From contig NC_134481.1 of assembly GCF_964194025.1 (NCBI RefSeq), positions 46,004,001-46,068,000 of the forward strand: 64,000 nucleotides of DNA. Direction: 5' to 3'. The position numbers and the translations under genes are program-made. The notes under the pieces are model-generated. The model ran no database searches. It was not told where the DNA came from and saw nothing but the letters and a program-made list of their open reading frames with translations. Source of the stretch: Convolutriloba macropyga (taxonomy: Eukaryota). Position 1 is the first letter of the stretch, and each line of letters begins with the position of its first letter. Below are positions 10,833 to 23,939 of this stretch, piece after piece.

Positions 10833-11349
10833 TAAAATTTAATGATTTCCCATTCCTGGAAGTCAAAATGAGGTTTTTGTCTGATGCTAACGATTTTTGG
10901 ATCTAGTGCCAGACCTCTTAGCTTTGTGGGTTTCTAACTTCTGCGCTTCCCACGCGGACCTTCATTTTTTGTGCTAAATAAAGGGCATGACTTTCGAATC
11001 CTGTATTGGTGGAATTATTTTTAAACTGATTTTATCGACAACACAGACACAAGGGGTGCATTAGTTTTATTGACTAATAACGCTATAAAGATCCCCCTCC
11101 CCCTCCTCTGAGATTATTGGTGATATATCTTTCCGGGGGGGGGGGGGGGGGGCATAAAAGCTGAAGCAGATAAGATCCAGCTATAATTATTCTCTGTACT
11201 TGTGACCGAAGATAATCAGAGAGGCTCGGTTCGTTGCATATAATTAATTTCAGTCCCTGTTTGAGTTTTCACGTCTTGAACTCAGATGTATTTCCGAGAA
11301 ATTACTCAAGTGACTCATGCTCCATAATAATTAAGTATCGTGGGAAAAT

Positions 11350-11514
11350 GGATCTTTTCCGTTTCTGCCCCCCCAGTACGTTATGCTCCCCCCAGTGACA
11401 GAGCACGTGTCATTACATAATAAATCATTATGTAAAAATATTGCACGTGCGTCTGGGGGTTGCAAATAATATGCACCCACTAAGCTGGGGGGGGGGCACA
11501 AACGGAAAAGATCC
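11350..11514. mobile_element. GGATC-family MITE
   Basis: TIR GGATCTTTTCCGTTT / AAACGGAAAAGATCC; 8-bp TSD GGGAAAAT. Confidence 0.85.
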
Positions 11515-11634
11515 GGGAAAATATCTAGATTTTCTAATTCGGAGCGTCAAACGGCTTGGTTGAGTACAATCTTGGCCATTTCTGAGATATTTCAATTTCA
11601 ACTTTTCGAGAAAGGCAGAATTTTTGGCGAAGCA

Positions 11635-11709
11635 ATGTTTTGTATTGTTTGTGGCAAAGACAACGCGAAAGCCTGCGGAGGCTGTAAAACGTCCCACTAC
11701 TGCTCTAAG
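11635..11709 (+). CDS. MYND-finger protein copy 1, exon 1 (MFCIVCGKDNAKACGGCKTSHYCSK)
   Basis: CxxC-x7-CxxC-x4-YCS, the first part of a MYND finger; phase-0 donor AAG|GTCAGA. Confidence 0.85.
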
Positions 11710-12227
11710 GTCAGAATTTTTCAAGATAGCAGGAATTTCGACTGCGGACTTTTGTTTCTGGGTTAAGTTGATGAAAGCGTTTTCTTGATAGAGCTTAGCA
11801 AGTTACTTAAACGATAAATTGAATGTTAAATCCTAGTTTGAATGGTTGGCGTTTTGAAAAAAGCATTCTTCAATTGTTATCCTAACGTTTTCGAAACATG
11901 TTTGCATGTTGGGGGGGGGGGGGGGGGGGTTATAGCAGGCACAACTACTGTAAATGGACCAGTACTGCATTTGAACCAGGGTTTCACTGGCAAGCCTAAC
12001 GTTCAAACCAGTACACTAACTGGTCGTAAGCTCTCGAACTTAGGCATATCTTATAACCCGTTTTCTTGTTCCTCGAGGCTTCAACTCTCTAGCCAAGTGT
12101 ACATTGAACAACTAGAGCGTCTTGTCAAGCTTAATTTATACCCAATTTTCAATAGGTTGTTTCCTCTACTTTGTAAAAGTTACCCCTGCTATACCACATT
12201 TGTGTATACATTTTTTGCTTTGTCAAG

Positions 12228-14006
12228 GCATGTCAAAAGAAAGACTGGAAGCTACACAAATTAGTTTGAATTCCCCAAGTGAAACCGGAGCATCCGGACT
12301 ACCGAAGTTGCGACCCAGTCGTTGAACGTTCACCAGCTTCGCGACTTAAGAAACGAGGCGAAGTCTCAGAAACTTTGATAAATAAATGGTTCCGAAGTAA
12401 CGAAATTATTCCTGATTTTGCTGCCGAGTACAGAAAAGTATACCCGAATGATGTCGATCATTTCATACGTCTAACGGCTGAGCGGATTTCCATTGTTGAA
12501 ACTCTCGGAGTGCTCGAGAGAGGATACGAAGCATTCTCGGACGAAGATTTTTTGCCGGATCTACTTGCAATGCGCTGGAAAACATCGGATCCGCAAAGTT
12601 TGAAAGCGTTCCTAGGACGAAAAAAATTGAAAGACGGCGACATTTTTGACTGCAACGTAGTACCATACTTGAGTGACTGTGCAGGCAATAATGACGTCAT
12701 GGTCAATTACCAGCAGGTCTTCAGAAACACTCCAAGTGTTCCTTTAGGGTATGAATTTGGAAAGACCTACGTGGGGATCGGGTTCGTCGACTTGAGCCAG
12801 CTGCTCTGGGGAGAATACCAGAATGAAGGAGGAACCCTGCGTTTCTATGGTTACGACCAGGCGGAGGTGACAGTTGGGAGGAGTGTGTTGATGTATGAGA
12901 TGATGAAGGCAGAAGAGAGAGAAGTGAGTGAGAAGACGATTCTGCAGGTCTGGTTCTCATCCTGTTGGGACAGAGAGACACAAGAACAGTTCTTCTCATT
13001 TCTGGACAAACATGTACCCAAAATAAACAACCATCTCCTGTCTAAATACGCCCCCATTTGGAAAGCGAAGAAGGGAATGACTGCCAAACAGGCTCAGCAT
13101 GCTTTTCAGGAAAAGATAAGATCTGTGGACTTCGTGACCTTAAGCAACCTGAGAAAGAAGCAAGATCGCGTTGCATACGCTCGCTTCTTGTTTACAGGAT
13201 ACGTCTCATGGGAAGGTCTCGAAGCATTAGACGATTTAGAGGCAGTTTGTGCAAATGTTACTATGTTCCCGGGGCATGACGAAGATTGGTGTAAAGCAAA
13301 GTTTGAAAATTTTTATGCAACTATTGACATGACTAAATTGTCCCCAATGATTCGGGCGTCTGACAGTTCGATCATATCCTTTCTGCTCGGAGCAACTATG
13401 GAAAGATTTAACAGGTTGAGAAACTGGGTTCAAGAAGAGAAAGTTGTTTGCGAGCTTCAGCTTAAAAGTGTCAAGCTAGATGATGCCAAATTTGCCCAAA
13501 TGATCGGACAGCTGAATCCATATTTGATTGACTGGAGCAATATTCCGGACTACTTGCCAAGGTTAGATTTCATTGACTATGCTATGAAATGTAGTGGACC
13601 TGATACAGTGCATAACTTTCACACGATGAACTGGGTTTATTATGTGTTTGGTTCTGTTTATTTGGACTTCATGGGACGACGTGAACTCCTGGAATCAATC
13701 TATCAATCCTACCGTTCTGCTTTACAAGCACGCGCAAAAGCACGAGAGTGGTGCATACCGCATTTTTGCCGACTTGTTCGTCATCCAGCTTTGTCTCTAC
13801 CTTCTAATGAGTTCACGACCATGTCTATTGGGAAATATGGCGACAAATACTTGCGACATTTCTTAACGGACAGAAACGGGAAAGTCGCGAACCACGTGAA
13901 GTCTGTCGAATTGCAACCTCATCAAGTGTTTGCAAATTGCTCGTCTACAATTTTCTGCGCGTTCTCATTCGATGATGAAATTGTTTTCTGCAACTACCGA
14001 ATGTAA
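12228..14006 (+). CDS. MYND-finger protein copy 1, exon 2; in-frame TGA at 12267-12269 (possible pseudogene or recoded codon)
   Basis: Acceptor TGTCAAG; reads ACQKKDWKLHKLV*IPQVKPEH... then an intact ORF paralogous to copies 2 and 3; AATAAA at ~14260. Confidence 0.8.
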
Positions 14007-14344
14007 ATCTTGATCTGAATTTGGATGACTTCAGTAAAGTACAAACTGAGATCTGGAGAGATTTTGCTTGAGCGCCTTGATGACTCATTAAATTCTCTGG
14101 TTCTGAGACTTCTTCAATTTGTTTTTGCTTTTCATTTAGATATGATATTTCGACTATTGATGTTTTTGATGCTGTGTTATTTATGATTTTTGATATTGAG
14201 GTATTAAATGAATTCTGGAAACTTGAAACTTTGTTTGCCCAATGCAGCTTGTGTATTCGAATAAACACATTTTAAATGGGCTTTATCGGCATTCATTTTG
14301 AATTACTTCCTAATTTGATTAGTTACTTCTGGTTTTTGAGCGCG

Positions 14345-16379
14345 TAAAATGTGAATCACGTATTGTGGTCGGCGTTCGTTTCTACGGCCCAAAAGAGAGG
14401 AATGTTGGTTTTATACAGGTTTATTGCAAACCAAAGGTGAGTATTGGTTTTCCATAGGATTTTACAACTCGAAGGGAGTATTCGTGAAGCGTCCTTTTTG
14501 ATCAATAATGTTGATGGGAGTAAGTGTATTTGAAACAGGAAAAAATTTTGCGGAGGGAATTAAATTTTTGATTACGTGCGGTTTTTTAAAGCAGTTTTTA
14601 TTAGTTTTAACTTTTCATCCAAAGTGGTTTTTTCTCAATTGTTTTGAACAGTTTATATACGTTTGGGATCATTCTTGAACATCTGTTACACCAAATGTTA
14701 GACTTTTAGAAGCAGTTTTGAGGTTTTTTGAAACCAATTTGCCGGTTTAGGCGATTTTATTGCAGGTTTTTGTATCATTCTTCAAATTTACATAGGATTT
14801 GGGGTGGTTTGGTTTAAGTTTTTTTTCAAATGGATTGAGTTATTTTTTATTTGATTGATAATAATTTTGAGCTGTTCTTGTTAAAGAAGGTTAAGTCAAA
14901 TTGTCCTAATTTTGTTGCTATTCTTTCCTGTTAATTTTGTTGCTATTTTTTTAAGTTGAAGCATAGCTGTCGATGACTTGAGCATTGAGTTTTCTTCGTA
15001 CGTTGATTTGTTGTCTAACGTTGGGCATTAATGTTGAAAATATTTGATATATTTCTGATGATCAGTTGAGACTACCACTGGTAAGTAATGTTCAAGGTCG
15101 GAAGGTCATATTATGAGAAGTCATGATCTCAAAACAGTCCCTCTTCTCTATATCCAAACTATTCCCCATATCTAGACCTCCCCCTAAGCCGCCGGCGCCA
15201 CCCAACTACCCATCCCACCTACCCTCCAACTACCTCGCCGCCTAAAAATTTTGTCTCAATTTTCAGAAAGACTTTCTTCAGTTTTACTTGGCAATTATTT
15301 TTCACTTTTGTTATTTTTTTCTGATTTATGTAAGGTTAGAATAGTGTTCATATTGTTTTCGATAAAATGTGAATCACGTATTGTGGTCGGCGTTCGTTTC
15401 TACGGCCCAAAAGAGAGGAATGCTGGTTTTATACAGGTTTATTGCAAACCAAAGGTGAGTATTGGTTTTCCATAGGATTTTACAACTCGAAGGGAGTATT
15501 CGTGAAGCGTCCTTTTTGATCAATAATGTTGATGGGAGTAAGTGTATTTGAAACAGGAAAAAATTTTGCGGAGGGAATTAAATTTTTGATTACGTGCGGT
15601 TTTTAAAGCAGTTTTTATTAGTTTTAACTTTTCATCCAAAGTGGTTTTTTCTCAATTGTTTTGAACAGTTTATATACGTTTGGGATCATTCTTGAACATC
15701 TGTTACACCAAATGTTAGACTTTTAGAAGCAGTTTTGAGGTTTTTTGAAACCAATTTGCCGGTTTAGGCGATTTTATTGCACGTTTTTGTATCATTCTTC
15801 AAATTTACATAGGATTTGGGGTGGTTTGGTTTAAGTTTTTTTTCAACTGGATTGAGTTATTTTTTATTCGATTGATAATAATTTTGAGCTGTTCTTGTTA
15901 AAGAAGGTTAAGTCAAATTGTCCTAATTTTGTTGCTATTCTTTCCTGTTAATTTTGTTGCTATTTTTTTAAGTTGAAGCATAGCTGTCGATGACTTGAGC
16001 ATTGAGTTTTCTTCGTACGTTGATTTGTTGTCTAACGTTGGGCATTAATGTTGAAAATATTTGATATTTTTCTGATGATCAGTTGAGACTACCACTGGTA
16101 AGTAATGTTCAAGGTCGGAAGGTCATATTATGAGAAGTCATGATCTCAAAACAGTCCCTCTTCTCTATATCCAAACTATTCCCCATATCTAGACCTCCCC
16201 CTAAGCCGCCGGCGCCACCCAACTACCCATCCCACCTACCCTCCAACTACCTCCCCGCCTAAAAATTTTGTCTCAATTTTCAGAAAGACTTTCTTCAGTT
16301 TTACTTGGCAATTATTTTTCACTTTTGTTATTTTTTTCTGATTTATGTAAGGTTAGAATAGTGTTCATATTGCTTTCGA
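14345..16379 (+). repeat. Tandem duplication of a ~1017-bp unit derived from HINE family A
   Basis: 14345-15362 and 15363-16379 differ at about ten positions; the unit is similar to 41430-41570 (aatttgaattgtattgg..., ttac.actcgaag.g.gtatt); degenerate family-A 3' end near 16395-16430. Confidence 0.85.
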
Positions 16380-17981
16380 TATTTTATTCTTCGAGCTGTT
16401 TCTGGTCTTCTAGCGGGTATGTTTTTTCTGCTACACTTCATGGCAGAAAAACCTAGTGTTAAAATGAGTAATTTTTCTGTTCGCAGTGCTTCTACTGCGT
16501 TTAACAAGCAACTTATACTTGCAGATTAACCGCCATTAGTTTTTTTTACAACATAACGTAGACTTTGTTCTACTATTGGTATGAGATTTGTGTTTGTACA
16601 AAGGGAAACACAATTATAAAATGTTTAAAACGCTTAATTCGCGTTTTTTTTATGTGAAAATTTATTACGATTTTATCTTGTGCTGCATTTAGCACTTTAA
16701 ATCGATGTTTCAATGGGCTGGCAAAATGTTTAAAAATTAATGGAGAAACCTTGAATTTTACATTGTTTTTTATTCATCTGATCAGTTCGGTTACCTGTTT
16801 GAAATAGTGGTCTGGCTGTATTATATCCTCAGTTCACTTTGTTCTTCAAAGTTCTCATCATTTCTTATAGGATAAATCCTATAGTGCCTAATTAGGAGAT
16901 TTTAAGTGATTTAAAAATATGCGTATTTTGTAGCCAATTAGACTTTAAACTTACCATATAATTGGGGTGTCGAGAATGTGATTTGTTTTCACGAGAAATA
17001 TAGGTTTATTTGGAATGTTATGATCGGCTTGTTTGTATAAGCAATTTAAATCAATGGAGTTTTGATCTGCTTTAATTAAGAAAGAAAATCATGTCCGAAA
17101 GAATGCTCATTATTTGTGTTAGTTGTTTTTGGTTCAATATATCTGATTCATTTTTTTCGTCCCGATCTGACGTCACTCTGAAATCAGTTTTTGGTAATTT
17201 TTTCGGGTAATGTTTGACAGTGATGTGCGTAGGGTTTTTTCAACTCCTACGGTCTTAATTCTATGTTACGAGCTTGAATAGTTTCTTAGAATCGCAGATC
17301 GAAACTACCTGTCTACATCGCAAATATCGTCTGGTAATCTTCAATCTATGTTTCCACTTGAAATATGTTAGATTCAACATAGAAATTTTATGGAGTTTTA
17401 AAGAACTTAAAGATAAAGTGATTTTGTGAAATGGTTCATCCCTAGCTTCAATATTTTGATGAAATTTTTTACGATGAGTTTTTAGATTGTCTAGATTTGT
17501 GATAAAATTATACATTTTGATGCGATTGTTTTCTATTGTTATGGAGAGATTAAATGTAATATGGCATTTGGTGCATGAAAAATGTTTATTTTTAGTATAC
17601 TGGTCAAAAGCAGATATGAACTGCTGTGAATTTAGACCAGTTAAGAAACAAATGGAAAAGTTTTTGTTTTTGCAGCTTTTTTTAAAATTATTATTCTGCG
17701 AGTTTCTTGCCATAAATGCCACATGCATGAACAATCCAAAGTCCTTTTTTATATCACCCGACTCATAATAAGCAGAATTGTGCCTTTCTTTGATTGCGTC
17801 TCTGAAAATGGACCAATGCACTTAACTCTATGAATGGCTGGCGTTGTTCAAATTTCAAAGTTTTATTAGTTCATGGTAAAGAATGCTACACCATACTCCT
17901 TCGCAAAATCAGACATTAAAATCACTCTTTTAAAGAACTGCTTGTTCTCACGGTAACAATAAGCTCAGCAATCTTTTCTAG

Positions 17982-18341
17982 TTGCTCTCGAACGAAGTTT
18001 GAGGCAATTATTGTAAACGTTTTAGTATTTCATGCAAAAATTTTTGCTTGACCGTTTTCGCTCTAAAACATTTTGTTTTCACAAGTTACTTTGTCACGCT
18101 TCACATCTTAATTTTTGAGTGATCTCAATTGCTCTCAGTGTTTGGAGCTTACATAAAAGCGATTGTGAGCGGTAAGAGATCAAAGCCATTCTTGCTGAGT
18201 AGTTATGATGTTACACTGCTATCCTCGAGGTCACGGGTTCGAACCCCTGAGGTCGGACTTTTGCACCCATAAAAATTTCCCTCCTGCCCCCACCCCATGC
18301 TTGTTCGAGAGAAATTCTTCCGACGTTATAGGGTTATGATT
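17982..18341 (+). mobile_element. HINE-like family C copy with internal tRNA-like segment
   Basis: 5' subTIR TTGCTCTCGAAC in a stem-loop; 3' subTIR GTTCGAGAGAAA at 18303; B-box GGTTCGAACCC at 18236-18246. Confidence 0.7.
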
Positions 18342-18559
18342 TTTATTGACTCAATTTTCTAGAAGTTTAATTTCTGCAAAATCCACGAAACTGGTTTCTA
18401 TCCTAAGCAACGAAAACGAGTCAGCTCTTCTTTATAATTAGAAGCTTGATGTTGGTACCTTTTGAAATATCTATATTTGATTATATAGTTCTCAAATTTT
18501 CAGTACGTTTGTTAAGCTGATGTCTGGATAATTAACTCAGTTCAATTTCACCCTTAGCC

Positions 18560-18836
18560 GGGGGCATTTCAGATGGACGACACCAAAATTCTGTATTAAA
18601 TGAACGACAAAAATTAATACACGCAAAATCTCAATATACGCTGATAATTTATTACTAGTTGACGTGCCAGTTGTAATAGATTGGGGCGCGCTCACACGTT
18701 AGGTTGTGATAGATTCTTATCAAGTCCCACGGGCCGCTGAGGAATGGACACATGCGGAAAATGTATTTCTCCTTTTTTTTCGTTTAAACTAGTCATTATG
18801 GATGCTTTGCAGTGTCGTCCATTTGAAACGTTGTCC
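18560..18836. mobile_element. MITE-like element
   Basis: Inverted repeats TTTCAGATGGACGACAC (18567-18583) / GTGTCGTCCATTTGAAA (18812-18828). Confidence 0.6.
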
Positions 18837-19313
18837 TGTTGATCCCCCATTGCCATTATACCCAACTTGCCATTTTACCCAACGTCGTTCTAACCAATGC
18901 TAACTTTACGCAATTGTTAAAATTACCAGAACGACAATTAAATTTTCCGAAGGACTTGATGTGAAACTATCTTTACCAAACATGAGATTAAAATTTCCGT
19001 TTAACTATGTTAAAACATGCTGGTAAAAGCGATCGCTAATCTGTAATAACGTAATTGAACAAAAAGATATGATGGAATTGGATAAATTGTCATGTAAGCT
19101 GTGTGGCTAAATTTGGAAAATGATATCGTTAAAAAGGATTATTTAACATGCTACACTTTTCAGAGCTGCTCAAGAATAATTGAACTGTTTTTAGTTTTCG
19201 GTTAGTAGGTGGTCCGGTTTCATAGATATTGTAGCCATTAAATCTCGAGTGATTGTGATGAGATAAAACGATATCATGATCGGGTTGGAAAATTTTGATC
19301 AGACGACCTTTCG

Positions 19314-19613
19314 AACGACCTTTCAAACGACCTTACAGTCCATAATGTAAAATGGCGAGTTGTACGGTTCAAAAAACGACCTTTCAAACGACCTTACAGT
19401 CCATAATGTAAAATGGCGAGTTGTACGGTTCAAAAAACGACCTTTCAAACGACCTTACAGTCCATAATGTAAAATGGCGAGTTGTACGGTTCAAAAAACG
19501 ACCTTTCAAACGACCTTACAGTCCATAATGTAAAATGGCGAGTTGTACGGTTCAAAAAATGACCTTTCAAACGACCTTACAGTCCATAATGTAAAATGGC
19601 GAGTTGTACGGTT
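19314..19613. repeat. 61-bp minisatellite, about 5 copies
   Basis: Near-perfect copies of AACGACCTTTCAAACGACCTTACAGTCCATAATGTAAAATGGCGAGTTGTACGGTTCAAAA with no spacers. Confidence 0.95.
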
Positions 19614-20409
19614 GCTTTTGTTATTGCGTACAATTCAGGAACTTGTTATCTATTAAACAAATGAAACGTGAGATAACAAATTGCTACTTTTGAATAATTG
19701 TTATTTTTTGTTATTTTATTTTTGTGCGCTTGTTTTCTTAAATCGAACTTGAAGGATTGGAGATCTTAGATATTGAATTTATTCGTTTAAACTAAACTGC
19801 AGTTTAACATGTAAAACGGTGATTTTAAACGTTCTGTTTTTGCTAACGAATGTCGAAAAATTTATTGCTTTAATATGGCCACTTCGTTTTGAGGTGATCC
19901 TTTGCGGGCTTATTAAGACTTTGCTGCCATCATGTTCTCAGACAATAAAAGTTTCCTTTTGACTTTTCACTCAACCAAATTTCATACTGGTGTTTCAAGC
20001 ATAAACGTTTTGTTTCTGGTATAAGTTTACTTTTTGGAGCTTCCATTTATGCTCTCTGAACTTTCTGTCAATTGAGATCTGCTCTGATTGGTTAGTTATG
20101 CATGACGTCATTGTTGTTGTTATTGGCGCCGTCTCTCAGAACAACAATTTTAGTCCCTCGACGTCTGCTTAGCTGTAGGCTTCAAACTATTTCTCAGAAA
20201 TTGAAAGAATTGTTTATCGCAAATATCGTCCTAACGTTATATAGCAAAAATTTGTACATTTGTGCATAATTTCAGCATATCTTATCCACTGAGCATAATA
20301 ACGTGCTCTCGTTTTACCACCAGAAGAGTTTTTTTATTGTGTGAAGCAATTAATAACTTTTGTTATACTGCTGTTTTTGTTATACTGTGGTGTGCGTTTT
20401 AACGAGTTA

Positions 20410-20487
20410 ATGGCTGTTTGTCGAGTGTGTTCTAAACAAGATGCTAAGGCATGTACGGGTTGCAGATCGGTCCATTATTGCTCTAAG
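20410..20487 (+). CDS. MYND-finger protein copy 2, exon 1 (MAVCRVCSKQDAKACTGCRSVHYCSK)
   Basis: Homologous to the copy 1 first exon; same phase-0 donor position AAG|GTTCGT; too short for the ORF track. Confidence 0.85.
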
Positions 20488-20780
20488 GTTCGTTGATATA
20501 ATCCAACTTTCTTTTCTTGAGTAAATATTTCAACTGAGAAATTTGGGTTCAGAGGAAGCTAACGTTAACGATAGGGAAAATGCTTAAACTTATGAAACTT
20601 ATGATTGTTGAAAGATACCATTTTTTAACAAATTTTGTTGATGGTTGTTTTCTGATTTCGGTGCACTGCTTTCTATACTTGAGAAATGAAGGAAATGAAA
20701 TATGAAAAATAAGGTTTGAATTTTACCTTCATGATTGAGAAGCAAATACAGCAAATAATTTGAAACTGAAAAGCTGATCA

Positions 20781-23589
20781 TTTTTGTTCCGACCCCACTT
20801 GTGGGGGGAGGAACTATATACTCACATGGGTTTTTTTTGTTTAGTCAATTTTTGCCGATCGATATATTCATCGTAGAGAATTGTGAGTGGTATCATTAAA
20901 AAGCTCGTCCAGCGTCGAATTCAAAATTAAAAAGATTTTTTTTAATTTCCTTTTTTTCGAGGAGTTATCGAGGATTGAAGTTTTGTGTGAACATGTGATA
21001 TTTTGTTCACTTTTAGTGTAATTTATGTGTAATTTTAATTCTTCAAATTTAGATAATTTTTAAATAAAAGCTTGATTCAAAATTACATTTCAAGCCACAA
21101 AAAGATTCAATATAGAGTTCCTAATAGACGAAAGGCGATAAAAAAGACTTTTTCTGGTCTCATAGGGAAGTTCACTATCAAAAAAAATTATCGAATTCTA
21201 TTTGAGAGCTTTTTTTTTGAAAAAAAAATCATTTTTATTCGTTTTCTTGTGTCAGATAGAGACTAGTCACTTTTCATTCCAAGGTTCCGTTAATGATAAA
21301 TCTGATTCACAGTCTAATGACGCCCAATGAATAAAAAATTCGTTTTTAAAGAATCGCTCGTATATTTTTTTTGGCTACGACTCTGAATTTTAAATGAAAT
21401 TTTGATTTTTTTTGAGGTTTAACTGAATTTTTGGAGTCCTATGGCATAAACTCGTTGCCTAAAAGTGCAGTAGGTTTCATGATGAGCATTAAGAGAACCT
21501 ATCTAGAGCTTTGAGTGGACAGGAGAAAATTTTTATCATTAACCATCATAAACTTTTCGTGAATTGTAGGTCAACTTCAGTAATGACACAACCACCTTAC
21601 TTTCTACTGCAACCAAAATTAATCTGGTTAGCGGTTTTATTTTGTTATTATTTGTTATCTGACTTCAATGATACAAAATTTCGAAACTTAAAAAAAATTC
21701 GGATTTTTTCGTTTTATTGGTCCCTCTTGAAATCTTAACAAATTCTCCTGATATTAATATCTCCCATTGGCTTTGAGAATTTTTTCAATGGATCTTGGAC
21801 AGAGTTTTCAGAGAAAAATTTATGGTTTAAATGGCTTCGACACTTTCTTCGCGCACTTTCCCACAATTTTTTTCTTTTCGCCGGTATTTGATGTTGTTTC
21901 CATTGTCATAAGACTTATTGTGATGTCTTATCGATTACATATGCATGAAAATTACCGTTTTTTGTCCAATCGACGCACAACTGAGCGTATTTATTGCCTT
22001 CCGTTGAAAGCTATTGGATTTAATGATGATTAAACTTTAAAAAAGGTTTTCCGAGAAATTTTTAACATTAAACAATCTTAGCCCTTAGTTCGTGAACTGT
22101 AAGTCAGTCTCAGTAATGACCGGACCTTTTTTTGTTATTCAACCAAAATAATATAGTCAGCGGTTTTATGTTCTAACTATTCGTGTTATGACTTCGATGC
22201 ACAAGTTTTCATAACTTTTTTAAAAATTTTTGATCTCTTTTTCTTAATTCTGGTTCCTTTTGGAATCTTAACACATTACCCTAATAATGATAGTTTCATG
22301 GGCTTGGAGATTACAACGTTTAATGGATCATACAAAAAGTTTTCAGAGAAAAGCTGATGGTTTAAAGGGCTTTTTAAAGGGAAAAATTTTAACTGAAAAG
22401 TTCATTTTTTAATGGCCTCGACACTTTCCTCGCTCATTATTTTTTTTAATTTGCTGCTATGTTAGCCTGTTTTTTATTCTTTAGGTAGCCGTTAAAGCTG
22501 ACCGGTCTCATAAGTTTTTAAGTGAGGATTGATTGAATAATGTTACCCGAAGGAGACTGTTTATAGCCATTAGTCTTCAAGTTTTTAATATTATACATTT
22601 TTGAGATTTTAAGGAATTTTTATTTTTTTTAGTTTTTGTTGTTGTTTTTATTTACTGGTAACGTGTTCTCATCATTGAGAGGTCCCATGTATTTTAAAAA
22701 TTCACAGGTTTACTGATATTATGAGGTAGCTAATGATTTGTTTGTTGGAGCATGTGTTTTCATAAAAAGTTATGTGAGTGGTGTATTTGTGATTCTTTTT
22801 CTCTTCCTTTAGCACAATCGCGTAATAACAGATCCCAATGATTTTCAAATGTGGCCGAATTAAACTTATTTATTCATTCATTATATATTTAGCTGAACTG
22901 AATTAGTATAAATGGAAATTGAAATAAAAATACATAATATTCAGATAATAGCTAATGATTTTAATGGCTTCACTGATTTGTGTTTTCGCATTGTTTTTAA
23001 TTTTTCTGCATCTATAGTCGGTTCCTATGGCTTAGTCTAACCAAACACAGGTGCTATTGGTTTCATTATGACTCTTTTGAAAATTTATTGAGAATTATTT
23101 CGTTGAAAGCTATTGATTTTTGAGACTTAAAATTTTTCGGTTTAAAAAATGTGGATTGATTTTTGAATTTCGCCTAATTTTTTTTTGTAGAAATGTTACC
23201 TAGTCTCTTTAAGATAAAATCCTGCCTGCTGTGTAGTTAGGAAAATTAAATTCATGTAGTTAGGTTTTTGTCTAATTATAATGTGACGTTGTTACTAGGT
23301 GCTTTTGAAATTAGTTATTGCATTTTTGACGTGAAACTTATTTATCTGCTTTTTTGTAGTTGTTGTTTTTTTCTCGTAGTCTTTTCAATGCAGATATCGT
23401 TGTAATGAGGCATGGCATCATTTAATTCAATTATGAGTTTGGTTGTGTAACGGTTTTTTTGAACTCAAACATCTACTTTTGATTATCGCGTTGTCAAAAA
23501 TGTAAGTCAAAAGACAGTTAATTCAAAAATGTAGATCAGCGCGGGTCGGAACATCATGTGCGAACGCACATCAACGAGGCGCCTTGTTA
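20781..23589 (+). mobile_element. HINE/Helentron-like family B element filling the copy 2 intron
   Basis: 5' subTIR TGTTCCGACCC with adjacent partial inverted copy (GGAAC); 3' subTIR GGGTCGGAACA (23543-23553) followed by hairpins ATGTGCG-aa-CGCACAT and AACGAGG-cg-CCTTGTT; internal ~530-bp duplication (21560/22092). Confidence 0.7.
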
Positions 23590-23939
23590 TAATATCTATT
23601 TAAAAGTTTTTAGCTATCTTTGCTCAATTAATTTCAGCATATTTTCCATAATTCTTGTGATAAGGGTACGTGCTAGCGGTTAACAAATTGTGGCAACAAA
23701 TATCTTTCATGAGCATGCTTAAACAATCTAATGCTTTGTTTTTTTGATAATATTTTCCATCGCTTGATATTAGGTAAAACTATAGATTACAATCTTTATA
23801 TACCATTATAAACGCGCAAAATGTCAATAGCACAAACCGTTCATAATTTATCGTTGGAGGATATCCACCTGTGATGACAGTAAAAAATATTCTAAAATCG
23901 GGCTAGTTTGAGCAGTTGAGTGTGATGTCTTGTAATTAG

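Noticed and set aside
14020-14110. SECIS candidates (ATGA at 14025 and ~14080) for the copy 1 TGA
   Set aside because: Helix II would be only about 6 bp, the AA spacing is wrong and no helix I is evident; not canonical by eye
18185-18262. Functional tRNA gene
   Set aside because: Has a B-box but no convincing acceptor or anticodon stems, and lies within a dispersed repeat
19314-19613. CRISPR-like array
   Set aside because: Units are contiguous and near-identical with no unique spacers; eukaryotic context and no cas genes
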